A program made the position numbers and the translations under genes. Positions 37,971 to 49,378 of a DNA stretch of 64,000 nt are shown here, piece after piece. Position 1 is the first letter of the stretch. The number at the start of each line of letters is the position of its first letter. The stretch lies in the IMG/VR virus record IMGVR_UViG_3300037520_001345, one strand, 5' to 3'. The notes under the pieces were generated by a model. The model searched no databases. It worked only from the letters and a program-made list of their open reading frames with translations, and had not been told where the DNA came from. Source of the stretch: an uncultured virus (IMG/VR IMGVR_UViG_3300037520_001345) (taxonomy: Duplodnaviria > Heunggongvirae > Uroviricota > Caudoviricetes).

Positions 37971-40900
37971 TTAAGTGCAGCTATATGTACTAATAAGAGT
38001 CCATGAATTCCTTATATACATAAATACACCGGTCTGGTTTGGAGTAGTTAATGGGAAATTCAAAGGATTCCCATATTGAACGGTTATTTCTTCTGGACTT
38101 TCTGGCAACCCGGTAACTGGATCGTAACCTTTAGCATATGCATTAAAAATCCTAGCAGAACCATTGCTTTGTATATATCCTAAAGCAATAATATTTTGAC
38201 GAGATATTGGTTCATAAAAGCCAGAACCTTCATCATAATAACATAAAATTTTTGCGCCTCTTGGTGCTCCAAATGTTTCAGACGAATCTTTGACAAATAC
38301 CATGCGCCTGAGACCATTGGGTAGTGGTGTTTTTCTGTCTACGGCATTTAAGAAGCCTCTAGCAGGAAATGGTGGTACAAGATCATCTTCTAATTGTATA
38401 TCAACGAGCTTATATGGCTGTGGAGTAGTCCACACTTTTTTCGCATGATCCCATCTAAGGTCTACTGGTCCGACTGGCCACGAATCCGGCCTTAAACCCC
38501 AACCCTGATAAAATTTATCTTCTCTCGTAGGCTCACTCCATCTTCCTTCATCATTCGACCATTCTTGATTTTTGCCGAGTATTGCCCCTTCTGTTCCTGT
38601 TTGTTGCTGTGTTAAAGATGAGATTCTCCAAGGCTGGCCATTACTAAAAAATCCTTTTGGCTCACCAGAAGCATTAGGAACAGGATATCCCTCTGTGTCA
38701 AACCCCCAGCCAGCCATTATCAATGGACCTCGTAATCCTAAAAATCTATAATTCATCTGAGTAATACTAGTATTAGTACGATTATTAACATTATCAAAAG
38801 ATTTAGAATTAATATCTGCATCAGCAAAACTATTATTTTGATCAGAGTATTCTCTACCATTTTGATCTATATCCAAATTCTGATAAAATGATAAAGATTG
38901 TGGAGGTACTTGACTTCTACCAACAATGTCGATATGATGAGCTGTAAAGTCATTAAGCTGAGCATATTGATTACGTAATTCTCCAACTGGCATAATGAGA
39001 GGATTTAAATTAACATAATTAATTCGTTTTCGTTTAAAATTATCTAGTAGAGCGCTCACAGCATTTGGATCTCTGATAATGGACGAATCAGCTTCGTTCG
39101 ATAAAATAAAGGGAGGTAATCTTCCATTACTAGCATCTGATGGTCCTGCTTCAGAACCAGCTACTTCACCACTACAAAAATCACACCATAGAGATCTGGT
39201 ATTTCCATCAGATAAAGTAAAAGAATATTGTTTGGTTCCGTTACAAAACGGACAACCACTTGTATAATATTTTTTTAGAGGAGTAGTAGAGTTGGACAAC
39301 GTTGGATAAAAAGATATAGGCTGCAATAAACCATCCATACTCATAAATGCTTTGGAACTATAAGAATTTTCAAATTCTGATGGTACTTCTCTAATATTTT
39401 GTAAAGTAACAGTGGTTAATTGACGAATACTGTCTCCCGTCCATATGTTAGTATTATCAAATCGATTAGCTAGAAATTTGGGCTGTTTAGTAGCTTTACG
39501 ACTAAAAAATGGAGAAGAATAACCAACTAAAACATTCAATGGACTGTAAGATCTCAGTTTTGGTACAGATGCTCCTAGATCAAAATTTGAAAGTGTTGGG
39601 CGACCAGCTATGGAACTTAGTTGTTCTCTAATAGCCGCATACTGTTGCCTTAGTTGTTTTTCAAATCTAATATTTTGTTCGCCTGCCTCTTTTAATCTAT
39701 CTGCATTTTCTTTATTAAATAAACTAAATTTCTTTGTATATGTTCTAAATGTATACGTAGTTAATGGGCCGTTTTCGCTGATTTGTGTTTGTATATTATT
39801 GATTACTGGTCCTCCGAATGCATATGCAGCAGCTTTCAACTCATTTCCTAAATTAAACATTGGAGTGCCGTAATATGATAACTGACCAGTTTCTCCCTTA
39901 AGTTGATAATTATTATCTTGTGTAGCTAGTTGAATAGCCACCATATCTAAAACTACCATACTTCCATAGTTCCATGGAACAAGACTTGGGTCTACATTTA
40001 CGTTAACTCCTCCGATTAGTGTTTCTAGTTTTCTTGATTTATGAGCTGAGTCGTCTCCTAAATACGAAAAAATATCGTCTATAAACATATCTGGAGAGCT
40101 AATCCATGGTCCGTATACAGCTCTATTATCTTTGACGGGAATAGCGGCAAATGCTGGCATAGCTGCTTTTGGAGCAATAGATAGGTTGTTATATTGTTTG
40201 TTTCCACTATCCTGTAAATAGTTTTCAGCAGTAAATCCGGCGCCATTGTTAACATATCTATTACTAATAGCTAGAATTTTTTTAGCTCTAATAGAAATTA
40301 CAGCATTATTAGTAGCAGAATATTCTGGCAACATAAATTCTGCTATAGCAGCACTAACACTTAGTGCGTCTGGTGATATCGGATTAATATCTATTTTATC
40401 TGTTTTTACAATAATTTTGGGAATAACAGAATTACCATTTTTAGCAAACACTAAATTTTCTTCAACATCTGCTTTAACATATACTTTAGAAGCTAGGTCC
40501 GCTGGTATAGTTCTGGAGTTATAGCTGTCTGAAAAAGAATGTCTATATGGCACTACCTTATATTTATCTCCTGAAAACATCAAAGATGGTTCCCAATAAA
40601 ATGTTGGATTAGATGTTGACCAGTTATGAAAAACACCAGCGCTTCGATATGCATCAAATTTTGTAAAGTTATAAAAATTAAAATTTGTATTAAAATTAAT
40701 GGTATTATTATATAAAGAATATTCAAATTCTCTATAATAATTATAGAGAGGTAAATTACTATAGCCTAATATGGTTTGTATTAGTCCATTATCATTAATA
40801 AATTCATCAACATCTGATGTTCCTATTGTTAGAGTATCATCTATCACATTGCCTGGTTCTTCCCATGCTCCGTCTGTTGCTAGCTCAAAAGACGAATAAA

Positions 40901-43358
40901 TTTTTTGACTACCTCCAGTTAAAGGAATATCATTTCCGTTTGGCAGAGTTCCTGTAACTTGATATGCTGTGTTAATATCTGTATATATTTGAGGAGAAGG
41001 AACACTAATCATAAATTGTTTACCATAATATTCATCAGCAATATTTTTCAAAAACTGTTGTAATTTAACGAATACTCCGTATGCTCTTTGATCAGTATAA
41101 ATACTAGAAGCTGGTCCTGTAGGTACGCTTTGTCCTCCTGATTGTGAATTGCTATAAGCATTATAATGATTTTTTAATCCCATAGATATACTAGGTCCAA
41201 AATTAACTAAAAATCTTAATACTTTACGATATATATCTAGTTTAACAGCAGAAGGGGATATTCCGAGAGATACTGATTCAGCCGCGACGGCAGTTATAAA
41301 TGCAATATAAGCGTCTGGTCCACTCATAGCTGCTCTGAACTCTAACTCAGAAATTCCAATAGGAGTTCGATCAGTTAAATTATATCCTACTATATTTTCT
41401 ATTTCTGCAGCGCTAAACTCTACAACAAATCCTAAACCAGATTTATTGCCAAATGGATTAATTTGAGGATTTCCTGTTTGTAAATTTATTTCATTATAAT
41501 TGTGATAAATAGGTCTCACTAATTTAGTAAAAGGATCCGTACCAAAAAAAGGACAAATAGCATCAGATAAACTAGAAGGATAACTCAATTCTGCGGGAGA
41601 TATTTGAGTACCAACAACGTTAAGAGGTTTTTGATAATTACCTCTTAATATATTAGTAGCCCATGTATCCGTCGTATTAAAAGCTCCCGCAGCCCTTGCA
41701 TCAACTCTGCCAGTAACTCCTAAAACAGTATTTACAACATATCCCATATCTAAATTTCTTAAACTATTAAGATCTGGAAATCTATATTGTTGTGTAGCAC
41801 TTGGTCCATAGTGTTGTACTTGAGCAAAAGTTTTAGTATATGGATTGTATTTGAGAGTACTTTGCGAAACAGCATATTTTACATTTTTTACCTGATATAA
41901 TCTTTGTTGTTTACCTCCAATATATACTGATCTAACGGGTTTAGTATTATTAAATTCTTCTCCCTTATTTGTTGCAGTTATGGTTGCTCCAGCGTCTGTT
42001 ATACCATCGATAAAAGACTGTACAGCCGTATCTCCAGGTGTTCTTAGATTAGAATAAGTATTAACTTTGATAACAGGGTATGTAAAATTACCTACACAGA
42101 ATATTTCTAAACTAATAAAAACTTCTTGACCAGTATTATCTGCTATATTATTAACTAAACTTAAAATATCTAAATTAGTTTCGCTCATACGATATTCTGC
42201 TGGAATAAAACCATTATCTACTAAATTACTTATATCTAGCATAAAAGGACTTAAATAAACATTAACTCCGTCTACAGACAATTGTTTAGGTTCTATAAGA
42301 CCCATACGAAACCTATCTGTATTCTGCCAGTTATAAATAGTAGTAGTATTTTTTAATAAAGGCGGCTTACCAACAATTCTAGCATAAGGAGCATATCTGA
42401 ATAATTTTCTATATCCTGCTTGATTAGGAATATTATTTACATATGCTTCTCCAGTACTTGTAAGTTCATATAATGCTGTTAAAATTTTCAAAACAGGTAT
42501 ACCTCGATCATTCTTCATAGATCTGCCATAAGAATATTCTGGCGTACGAGTTATTGGATCAAATAAAGCTCCGCTACTACCACCTGTACCATTGAAATTA
42601 GAATTATCTTCTAAATATCCATAAATATTGATAAGATTAGGTATATTTTGATTCCCTATCAAACCTGTATAATCATTACTGTATTCTAAACTAGGAAATC
42701 CAAGATATTGATTTTCGGAATACCAAGTAGAATCGGAGGCAACTTTAGAATGTATAGAACCAACATAATCTGATAAAATCATATTAGTTTGAGATAGTAA
42801 ATACGATGGAGATTCTATAATTACAGTATAGCTATCAGTACCCGAAGAAGAATTGCTTTTTTCCCAAGATTTAACAATACCATTAAATGAAAAATCGTCA
42901 TAAATAAAATAAACGGGTGTTCCTACAATATCTATACTCAAATTGGGATCAGGCATGTCCGCATAAAAACCAGGGTCAGGATCAGACCAATACCTAGAAA
43001 CAATTGCTCCGTTTGATGCTACATAATATACCTTTGCTGGGATTAAGCTATTCCCATTCTCGTCCTTGCTAAAATTATTATTTTGTCTAGCTGTTACATA
43101 GGCATTATCTTGTGTTGGTCTTGGAACTCTCGTGCCGTTAATATCAGTTAAAGAAGGATATTTACAAGAGTCATATACTAATTCAACAGTTAATCTACTG
43201 GATTCTGAGCCCCATGCCAAAGAAGCATTGAAAGATTTGATACTACATCCTAAAAACAGAGTTTGAGCATAAACCTTAGAGCAACATATTTTATAGTTGG
43301 TTGCTGGTCCTCCGTTTGTTCCTGATTTTGTAATTGTCGTATAGCACGGTGTTGTCAT
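37971..43358 (-). CDS. Large structural protein (1795 aa), putative tail tip/baseplate hub
   Basis: Beta-rich; N-terminal FLGCSIKSF...WG...LTVELV and FSFNGIVKSW resemble hub-like folds; GAGG SD; context. Confidence 0.55.
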   Translation of the reverse strand: MTTPCYTTITKSGTNGGPATNYKICCSKVYAQTLFLGCSIKSFNASLAWGSESSRLTVELVYDSCKYPSLTDINGTRVPRPTQDNAYVTARQNNNFSKDENGNSLIPAKVYYVASNGAIVSRYWSDPDPGFYADMPDPNLSIDIVGTPVYFIYDDFSFNGIVKSWEKSNSSSGTDSYTVIIESPSYLLSQTNMILSDYVGSIHSKVASDSTWYSENQYLGFPSLEYSNDYTGLIGNQNIPNLINIYGYLEDNSNFNGTGGSSGALFDPITRTPEYSYGRSMKNDRGIPVLKILTALYELTSTGEAYVNNIPNQAGYRKLFRYAPYARIVGKPPLLKNTTTIYNWQNTDRFRMGLIEPKQLSVDGVNVYLSPFMLDISNLVDNGFIPAEYRMSETNLDILSLVNNIADNTGQEVFISLEIFCVGNFTYPVIKVNTYSNLRTPGDTAVQSFIDGITDAGATITATNKGEEFNNTKPVRSVYIGGKQQRLYQVKNVKYAVSQSTLKYNPYTKTFAQVQHYGPSATQQYRFPDLNSLRNLDMGYVVNTVLGVTGRVDARAAGAFNTTDTWATNILRGNYQKPLNVVGTQISPAELSYPSSLSDAICPFFGTDPFTKLVRPIYHNYNEINLQTGNPQINPFGNKSGLGFVVEFSAAEIENIVGYNLTDRTPIGISELEFRAAMSGPDAYIAFITAVAAESVSLGISPSAVKLDIYRKVLRFLVNFGPSISMGLKNHYNAYSNSQSGGQSVPTGPASSIYTDQRAYGVFVKLQQFLKNIADEYYGKQFMISVPSPQIYTDINTAYQVTGTLPNGNDIPLTGGSQKIYSSFELATDGAWEEPGNVIDDTLTIGTSDVDEFINDNGLIQTILGYSNLPLYNYYREFEYSLYNNTINFNTNFNFYNFTKFDAYRSAGVFHNWSTSNPTFYWEPSLMFSGDKYKVVPYRHSFSDSYNSRTIPADLASKVYVKADVEENLVFAKNGNSVIPKIIVKTDKIDINPISPDALSVSAAIAEFMLPEYSATNNAVISIRAKKILAISNRYVNNGAGFTAENYLQDSGNKQYNNLSIAPKAAMPAFAAIPVKDNRAVYGPWISSPDMFIDDIFSYLGDDSAHKSRKLETLIGGVNVNVDPSLVPWNYGSMVVLDMVAIQLATQDNNYQLKGETGQLSYYGTPMFNLGNELKAAAYAFGGPVINNIQTQISENGPLTTYTFRTYTKKFSLFNKENADRLKEAGEQNIRFEKQLRQQYAAIREQLSSIAGRPTLSNFDLGASVPKLRSYSPLNVLVGYSSPFFSRKATKQPKFLANRFDNTNIWTGDSIRQLTTVTLQNIREVPSEFENSYSSKAFMSMDGLLQPISFYPTLSNSTTPLKKYYTSGCPFCNGTKQYSFTLSDGNTRSLWCDFCSGEVAGSEAGPSDASNGRLPPFILSNEADSSIIRDPNAVSALLDNFKRKRINYVNLNPLIMPVGELRNQYAQLNDFTAHHIDIVGRSQVPPQSLSFYQNLDIDQNGREYSDQNNSFADADINSKSFDNVNNRTNTSITQMNYRFLGLRGPLIMAGWGFDTEGYPVPNASGEPKGFFSNGQPWRISSLTQQQTGTEGAILGKNQEWSNDEGRWSEPTREDKFYQGWGLRPDSWPVGPVDLRWDHAKKVWTTPQPYKLVDIQLEDDLVPPFPARGFLNAVDRKTPLPNGLRRMVFVKDSSETFGAPRGAKILCYYDEGSGFYEPISRQNIIALGYIQSNGSARIFNAYAKGYDPVTGLPESPEEITVQYGNPLNFPLTTPNQTGVFMYIRNSWTLISTYSCT

Positions 43359-43377
43359 ATTGTCCTCTTACCTTGTG

Positions 43378-45156
43378 TTATAAACATTCTCCAGTATTAT
43401 ATACCCATGTAATATCCCATGAAAATCTACCCTCAAAAGGATTCCAATTTCTACTATCACTAGTTTTGAATACTAATCCTTGATTGGCTATGGAATAAGA
43501 TGACGTAGGTACTATACTAGCAAAAGCTTCGGCTGCTATGGGCCTAAAAGAATTGACTAATTGTTGTAGTTGCTGGAAAGAAGCATTACCGCTATAAACC
43601 ACACACTGTGGAGATTGTGGATGAGCTTGAACATATCCTGTTGGGGCGGGATATAGAATCTCTACATTAACCCTTCTTTCGGATTTAGTAGTACCTACTT
43701 TTTCTAATATAGGACCCAATGGTCTGCCTAAAATAAAAGTTTCTGCTACTTGATCAGAAGGGGCTGAGTCTGTGACTGTAATACTGGAAGATAAAGATCC
43801 AGGAATAAATGACCCTGGTCTATTTGAATAAACAACATTGTATCCTACTGTTCCTGCGACTGGATTCATAGATTCGCTATATTGAGCAGGAATAACATTT
43901 AATGGATTATTTGCAGATGGGCCAAAAAATATCTGATCTGTTGTGTTACTGCTGGAAGATGCTTTTGCTCCTCCTGGAATAGCAGATAATGCTAAGGAAG
44001 CTCTTTGATAAAGATACGGTTTGACATGATTATTGTAACCACTAATTGCTACAGAAAACTTGTTGTTTGTTTGATTTTGATTAGAAAATTTAGAGGGAAA
44101 ATTAGGATTAATCACTCCTGTCATAGACTGATCAGGAAACATGGTAAAGCCGTTACCACCTACTGCCTCCAATCCCTTAATAGTTCCATTCATAGTTACT
44201 GTTTTAATTAATTTATCATCTGTGTTAATTTCCCAAGTAAATTCTTCTGTATATTTAATTCCAGAAGTTAAAGCTAACCAGGTATCCACAATACCATACG
44301 ATCCAGCAGATACATTTGATTCAATCGTACGAACGTGATTATATAAATACAATCCTGTAGTAGGAGGAGAAGACGGAGAAGAAAGAATTGTGATACCTGT
44401 TGGGGTACTAATACTAGTTGTTGAGTATGACTTATTAAGTCTATCTGCTACCCATCTAGCTGCTTCTATATATGCTGGATTTTTATTAATAATAACAGAA
44501 GGATTTACAAGATCACTTCTATCTATACTTTTACCAACAGCACTGACTCGATGAGTGATTCTATGTTGTAGGATATTCTCTACTTGAACAGATACTGCTT
44601 TATTGTAGAGAATAGAGTCTGCTGGAGGAGAATTCAAATCTCTATTAGCTTGTGATGGTTTAAAATCTTTAAGAACAGCATCTTTAACATAATTAACATA
44701 AGATATTTCTTCTAAAGGTTCTATAGACCATGAATCTTCAAATGACTGTATTAATCCTATCACTCCTGATGCAGGGTAGGCGCTTTCCAGCGTAATAGAA
44801 TATGGTAGTAACACTGTCCAATTATCATTGCTTTTTTGGGCATTAATAGATTTTAAGTATACTCCACTATATGTACTAATATTAGTATTATTGCAGAGAA
44901 TGCTAAAATTTTGACCCTGATTACTATTGTTAGTAAAAAAATTCTGTATACCAGAATACGCAGTCATTAAAGAAGAAATTCCACTCCCAATAATTGTTCC
45001 TTCTAGCTGAATAGAAGATACAAATGAAAGTATATTTCCATCATTATCTACATTTGTTGTTGTATCGACAGTTACCAGTGGTAGAGGCAATCTGTAAGCT
45101 GTACCAGATATTGTAGAAAATTTATTTCTACCATAATGTAAATCAATACTGCTCAT
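43378..45156 (-). CDS. Putative tail structural protein (592 aa)
   Basis: S/T/N beta-rich with recurring motifs (EDSWSIE/EEFTWEI; SNVSAGSY/MNPVAGTV); context. Confidence 0.55.
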   Translation of the reverse strand: MSSIDLHYGRNKFSTISGTAYRLPLPLVTVDTTTNVDNDGNILSFVSSIQLEGTIIGSGISSLMTAYSGIQNFFTNNSNQGQNFSILCNNTNISTYSGVYLKSINAQKSNDNWTVLLPYSITLESAYPASGVIGLIQSFEDSWSIEPLEEISYVNYVKDAVLKDFKPSQANRDLNSPPADSILYNKAVSVQVENILQHRITHRVSAVGKSIDRSDLVNPSVIINKNPAYIEAARWVADRLNKSYSTTSISTPTGITILSSPSSPPTTGLYLYNHVRTIESNVSAGSYGIVDTWLALTSGIKYTEEFTWEINTDDKLIKTVTMNGTIKGLEAVGGNGFTMFPDQSMTGVINPNFPSKFSNQNQTNNKFSVAISGYNNHVKPYLYQRASLALSAIPGGAKASSSSNTTDQIFFGPSANNPLNVIPAQYSESMNPVAGTVGYNVVYSNRPGSFIPGSLSSSITVTDSAPSDQVAETFILGRPLGPILEKVGTTKSERRVNVEILYPAPTGYVQAHPQSPQCVVYSGNASFQQLQQLVNSFRPIAAEAFASIVPTSSYSIANQGLVFKTSDSRNWNPFEGRFSWDITWVYNTGECL

Positions 45157-45179
45157 AAATTAGTCCTAAGTTTATTATA

Positions 45180-46541
45180 TTATGGTACCGATGGACTATA
45201 TGGTGCATAATGATGCTGTTCTAGAGCAGATCTCCAGTTGGTTCCATCAAATACAAACCATGAAGATTTAGTTCTATCTGTTATTCCATCACCATAATCT
45301 TGGTATAAAGTTGCTATCAATAACGCTGTACCTGTTCCACTATATACATTAAGATAATTATCAGATAAATTACTCTCTGTGTTTTGTATTACTAAGTCTG
45401 TTCCATTTGACAGCGTTGCTCCTGTCGTACTTAAGAACACATTACGATTTGCTCCATTAGGATCTAAGAATAGATATCTAAACTCACTAAAAGTATTAAT
45501 GGTAAGGTTACCTAATAAACTAGCCGAATAAACCTCTCTTATAGTCTGAGAAGCACTAGATATGGTTATGGTATCAGCTGTGTTATTAGTTGTTATGTTT
45601 ATGCCACCTCCGGGAATGAGGGTCACGGTACCCGTATTACTGTCTGCTACGACGCTACTCTGTCCACTTACAGCTAAAGTACTAAAACCAAGATTATTAG
45701 TATTGTTGGCTGTTAATCTAACTAATTTATTCGTTGCATCTAAACCAACAAGGGAGGCGTTGTTAGATGTATCAGTAGCGGCATTATGTATAACTGATCC
45801 AGCGATAGTTAGTATGTTAGAAGAAGTATTCCATGTAAAATTAGGATTGGTTATAAAGCCTGATGTTGCTGTGCTATAGAACATAACACTTCCGTTAGAT
45901 GGGGCGCCAAATGCTGTAAAATCAGTATTGGTTCCTCCTTTATCTAATCCAACAACACCAGATATCCTTGATGAAGGGAGACTATTATTGGAGAGGTAGC
46001 TTAAAAAAGTATTAGATGGTATTCCATAAATTTTTTCATCTGATTCATTTTGTCCTAAAATATTAAATGTACTAGAGAATGAACTTGTCCAATCCGGAAT
46101 AGTTTGAACACGAAGGTCTCCTCCGACATCTAAAGTACATGTTGCTGCGGTACTACGATTGATGGATAGTCTATTGGTAGATACATTCCATAATAAAGTA
46201 TCATTTGACACTGATGCTAAGCTATGATTTAAATTTGCATCATAATTAAAATAAACTAAATTTTTAGTATTATTGACAGTAGGGACTGAGGCTGTAGAGA
46301 AATTATTATTCGTGCCTCCATATTTTGTTTTTAAGGTTTCATCTGTTGTGCCAGGAAGACCTAATCCGATAAATCTTTTAACATCTCCATTAGCTAATTT
46401 TATATATAATCTACCATTATTAAAACCATTAGTCGATGTCCCTAAGGTGGAAATACCTAGTGCAATTTCTCCTTCTTCTAATTCTCCTCCAATAGGAGTG
46501 TTGCTTGTTGTTCTATTTGTTCTGTGTAAGTGTTTCGACAT
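45180..46541 (-). CDS. Tail fibre-like protein (453 aa)
   Basis: N-terminal PxxxELxxGEIAL...GRLYIK fibre-anchor motif; GGTN repeats; AGGAG SD. Confidence 0.65.
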   Translation of the reverse strand: MSKHLHRTNRTTSNTPIGGELEEGEIALGISTLGTSTNGFNNGRLYIKLANGDVKRFIGLGLPGTTDETLKTKYGGTNNNFSTASVPTVNNTKNLVYFNYDANLNHSLASVSNDTLLWNVSTNRLSINRSTAATCTLDVGGDLRVQTIPDWTSSFSSTFNILGQNESDEKIYGIPSNTFLSYLSNNSLPSSRISGVVGLDKGGTNTDFTAFGAPSNGSVMFYSTATSGFITNPNFTWNTSSNILTIAGSVIHNAATDTSNNASLVGLDATNKLVRLTANNTNNLGFSTLAVSGQSSVVADSNTGTVTLIPGGGINITTNNTADTITISSASQTIREVYSASLLGNLTINTFSEFRYLFLDPNGANRNVFLSTTGATLSNGTDLVIQNTESNLSDNYLNVYSGTGTALLIATLYQDYGDGITDRTKSSWFVFDGTNWRSALEQHHYAPYSPSVP

Positions 46542-46550
46542 GTTTTACTC

Positions 46551-49361
46551 CTAGGAATCTGAATTTCCGTTAAAGGCCCCAAAGCCAGCTAATGTGGATG
46601 TTCTATACTTTAATTTATTATCATTAGTATCAAATACTAAGTCTCTAACTAATTCAACATTTACTGTAGTAGGATATGTAGAAACAAACGTGTGCTCTGG
46701 CAATATTTGTGGACTAGCAACTGTCTGTTCAACATAAATACCTGATGAGGTGAATACTAATTTATTAGATTGAGCTACTCCATTATCATAAGCTACAATG
46801 AATTGATTGTCATTTTTTTCAATATAATTCAATGAATCTTTATATACTCTAAAAGTACCAGAAGCATCTATCGTTCTAAGAGGATTATTATTATTAATAC
46901 CTATTCTATCTACATTACTATTAACTACTAATAAATCTGGACGTATTGAACCTTTGATATTAAATAAATTAGATAATGCTTGTTGATTATTGTTAATAAC
47001 AAAAGTATTATTTCCTGTTGGAATAATAGTATTATTATTAGTAGTATATAAAATACCACTAGTTTGACTCCAGAACAAACCAGTTGTTGATACAAAAGTG
47101 TTTCCGTCATAGGACACTAGTCCATTGACTGTTAAGTTATCCGTAAAATTTTGTTCAAAAATAGATGGAGACTGCCATGTGGCATTACCTGATGTGTCTG
47201 ATACTAAGATATAATTACTACTTGTATTTGATCCAACTCGTAATGTTTCTGTATAAAGATGATTCATTTTACCAGAACCCAATACATCTAATACATATGG
47301 ATCAGATGGTAAATTATTAATACCTACTTTATTATTTCTTAAAAATAAACCAGATTGAGCACTACTTCCGTAGAGACTAATGTTTACAGGAGATAGTCCA
47401 GAGTTTATAGCTATATTACCACTATTAATAACAATAGAAGGATCATCAATACCTATCACAACACTATTGCTATCTACAATATCTAAGTTATTTCCAATAA
47501 TAATATTATTGGTACCGGTTGTTGCTACATTTTCTCCAAAAACAATATTGCCTGTTCCGAGAATATAATGCCCAGATCCAACCGCTGTGTTGTTCAATCC
47601 TATTGCATCAGTGTAGATACCAAGTACAGTATTATTAACTCCAGATGATATTATTAATGATCCGCATGTTATATTGTAACCTATAGCAGTAATGTCTGAC
47701 CCAAAAGAAATGCCGCTTTGAACAGTGTTGTTGAATCCTATAGCTATGCCAGAAATAGCATTTGTTACTGTGTTATTTTTTCCTAATGCGAATACTGATG
47801 CTCCGCTGGTATTGTTAGAATATCCACAATTAATAATATTGGAACCATTAAGAGTATTATCAGAACCGATATTGAATAGGTTTATCCCGGTTGCCCTAGT
47901 ATTACTACCTAAAACATAAATATTTGTACCTGACGAGGGGGTGTTGCTTCCTGCTATAAAAGAATTATTTCCTTTAAAAGACCCGCTGTTAGATAGAATA
48001 ATATTGTTTGTAGAATTTATATCTGAAATATTAGCTGATTGTCCAACTACTATATTATTAGATCCACTATTAACAATAAAATTACCTATAGATATATTAT
48101 GTAATTCAGAAGTATTTGAATTAACTCCTAATGTAGTTCTAACTGGACTAACAGTAATAATATTTTTTTCTGCACCTAAATAATCTACACTTAGAACAAG
48201 TTCTCCACTAGTTTGATTAATTAATGTTCCTAAGATTCTGGACCTAACTCTACCATAATTAATCTGTTGGCCATTACTATCTCTACCAGCAAAATTAATA
48301 GTGGCTGGAAAATCTCCTACTTCAGAGCCGCTAAGAGGATTATGATATAGGGTTAGTGCTACTCCGGTGGCACAATTTGTGGAGCTTTCTAGCTTCATTG
48401 TGTCATTAGCGCACCTACCAACAATATGTAAAATGGTTGTTGGTGTTTGTGTATTTATGCCAAACTTACCAGATGATGCATCAAAGTACAGCTGATTATT
48501 ACCTGTTCCTTTAACTTGAAAATCATTATTAAATGCTTGTTTATTAAAGATCGTAGTATGTCCCGAATCGGCTGGTAAAATAATATTGGCATTACCAGAC
48601 GTTGCTCCTCCAACTAATAATAGTTTATTGTTTATGTCCCAATGTAAATCATTATCTCCTGCAAAATCGGTACTATTATTTTTAAATTGAATATTTCCTT
48701 GACTACCATCAGGTAATCCGGCAGCATCAATATTAATATTTCGATTTAGCTGTACCCATCCAGAATTATTAGATATTAGCGATGTATACTGTGTGTTAGG
48801 ATTTAGTGTAACAGATCCTGATCCATCTATCAGGTCTGATCCAGAAGGGGATATGATTAGGTTATTAAGAGAACCATTGAGTAGTCTGAAACCAACTACT
48901 AGGTTTTTGTTGCCAGATGCTAATGGCAGATAAGCTGTTATATTTGTTCCTGTTGGTTGTATCCCATAAACTGTTTGTACTGGATCTACATAAAAATTAG
49001 AAGTTTTTGTTACATAATTATTACCTCCGTGATTAATTCTTTCAGCACTAATAATGGCTACTACAGATTTAGTACCAGCAGAAAAAATAACTTTGCTATT
49101 ATTATTAGAAGATGAATATATGGCAGTTTCGTATGAATTATCCTCTCCTCTAACTAAAACATTTTCCCCTCCTATATTAACAATATATCCTAAACCATAC
49201 TCCCATTCTGTTAATGTATCATGTTTAATATAATATGGTATATATTTATTAAGTAATCCTGTTAAACTATTGTAGTATGGTAATGCAGTACCTAATAAGA
49301 AATTATTCGTACCAGTACTACTAGATGTATTACCTATATTATTATCATAATATATAACCAT
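46551..49361 (-). CDS. Tail fibre protein (936 aa) with beta-helical/YadA-like short repeats
   Basis: N-terminal TGT..L...YYI...EWEYGLG...SSSN..KVIFSAGTKSV motif; GINTQTP/GINNNNP motifs; NIxxG repeats. Confidence 0.75.
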   Translation of the reverse strand: MVIYYDNNIGNTSSSTGTNNFLLGTALPYYNSLTGLLNKYIPYYIKHDTLTEWEYGLGYIVNIGGENVLVRGEDNSYETAIYSSSNNNSKVIFSAGTKSVVAIISAERINHGGNNYVTKTSNFYVDPVQTVYGIQPTGTNITAYLPLASGNKNLVVGFRLLNGSLNNLIISPSGSDLIDGSGSVTLNPNTQYTSLISNNSGWVQLNRNINIDAAGLPDGSQGNIQFKNNSTDFAGDNDLHWDINNKLLLVGGATSGNANIILPADSGHTTIFNKQAFNNDFQVKGTGNNQLYFDASSGKFGINTQTPTTILHIVGRCANDTMKLESSTNCATGVALTLYHNPLSGSEVGDFPATINFAGRDSNGQQINYGRVRSRILGTLINQTSGELVLSVDYLGAEKNIITVSPVRTTLGVNSNTSELHNISIGNFIVNSGSNNIVVGQSANISDINSTNNIILSNSGSFKGNNSFIAGSNTPSSGTNIYVLGSNTRATGINLFNIGSDNTLNGSNIINCGYSNNTSGASVFALGKNNTVTNAISGIAIGFNNTVQSGISFGSDITAIGYNITCGSLIISSGVNNTVLGIYTDAIGLNNTAVGSGHYILGTGNIVFGENVATTGTNNIIIGNNLDIVDSNSVVIGIDDPSIVINSGNIAINSGLSPVNISLYGSSAQSGLFLRNNKVGINNLPSDPYVLDVLGSGKMNHLYTETLRVGSNTSSNYILVSDTSGNATWQSPSIFEQNFTDNLTVNGLVSYDGNTFVSTTGLFWSQTSGILYTTNNNTIIPTGNNTFVINNNQQALSNLFNIKGSIRPDLLVVNSNVDRIGINNNNPLRTIDASGTFRVYKDSLNYIEKNDNQFIVAYDNGVAQSNKLVFTSSGIYVEQTVASPQILPEHTFVSTYPTTVNVELVRDLVFDTNDNKLKYRTSTLAGFGAFNGNSDS

Positions 49362-49378
49362 AATATTTTACCTTTGGA

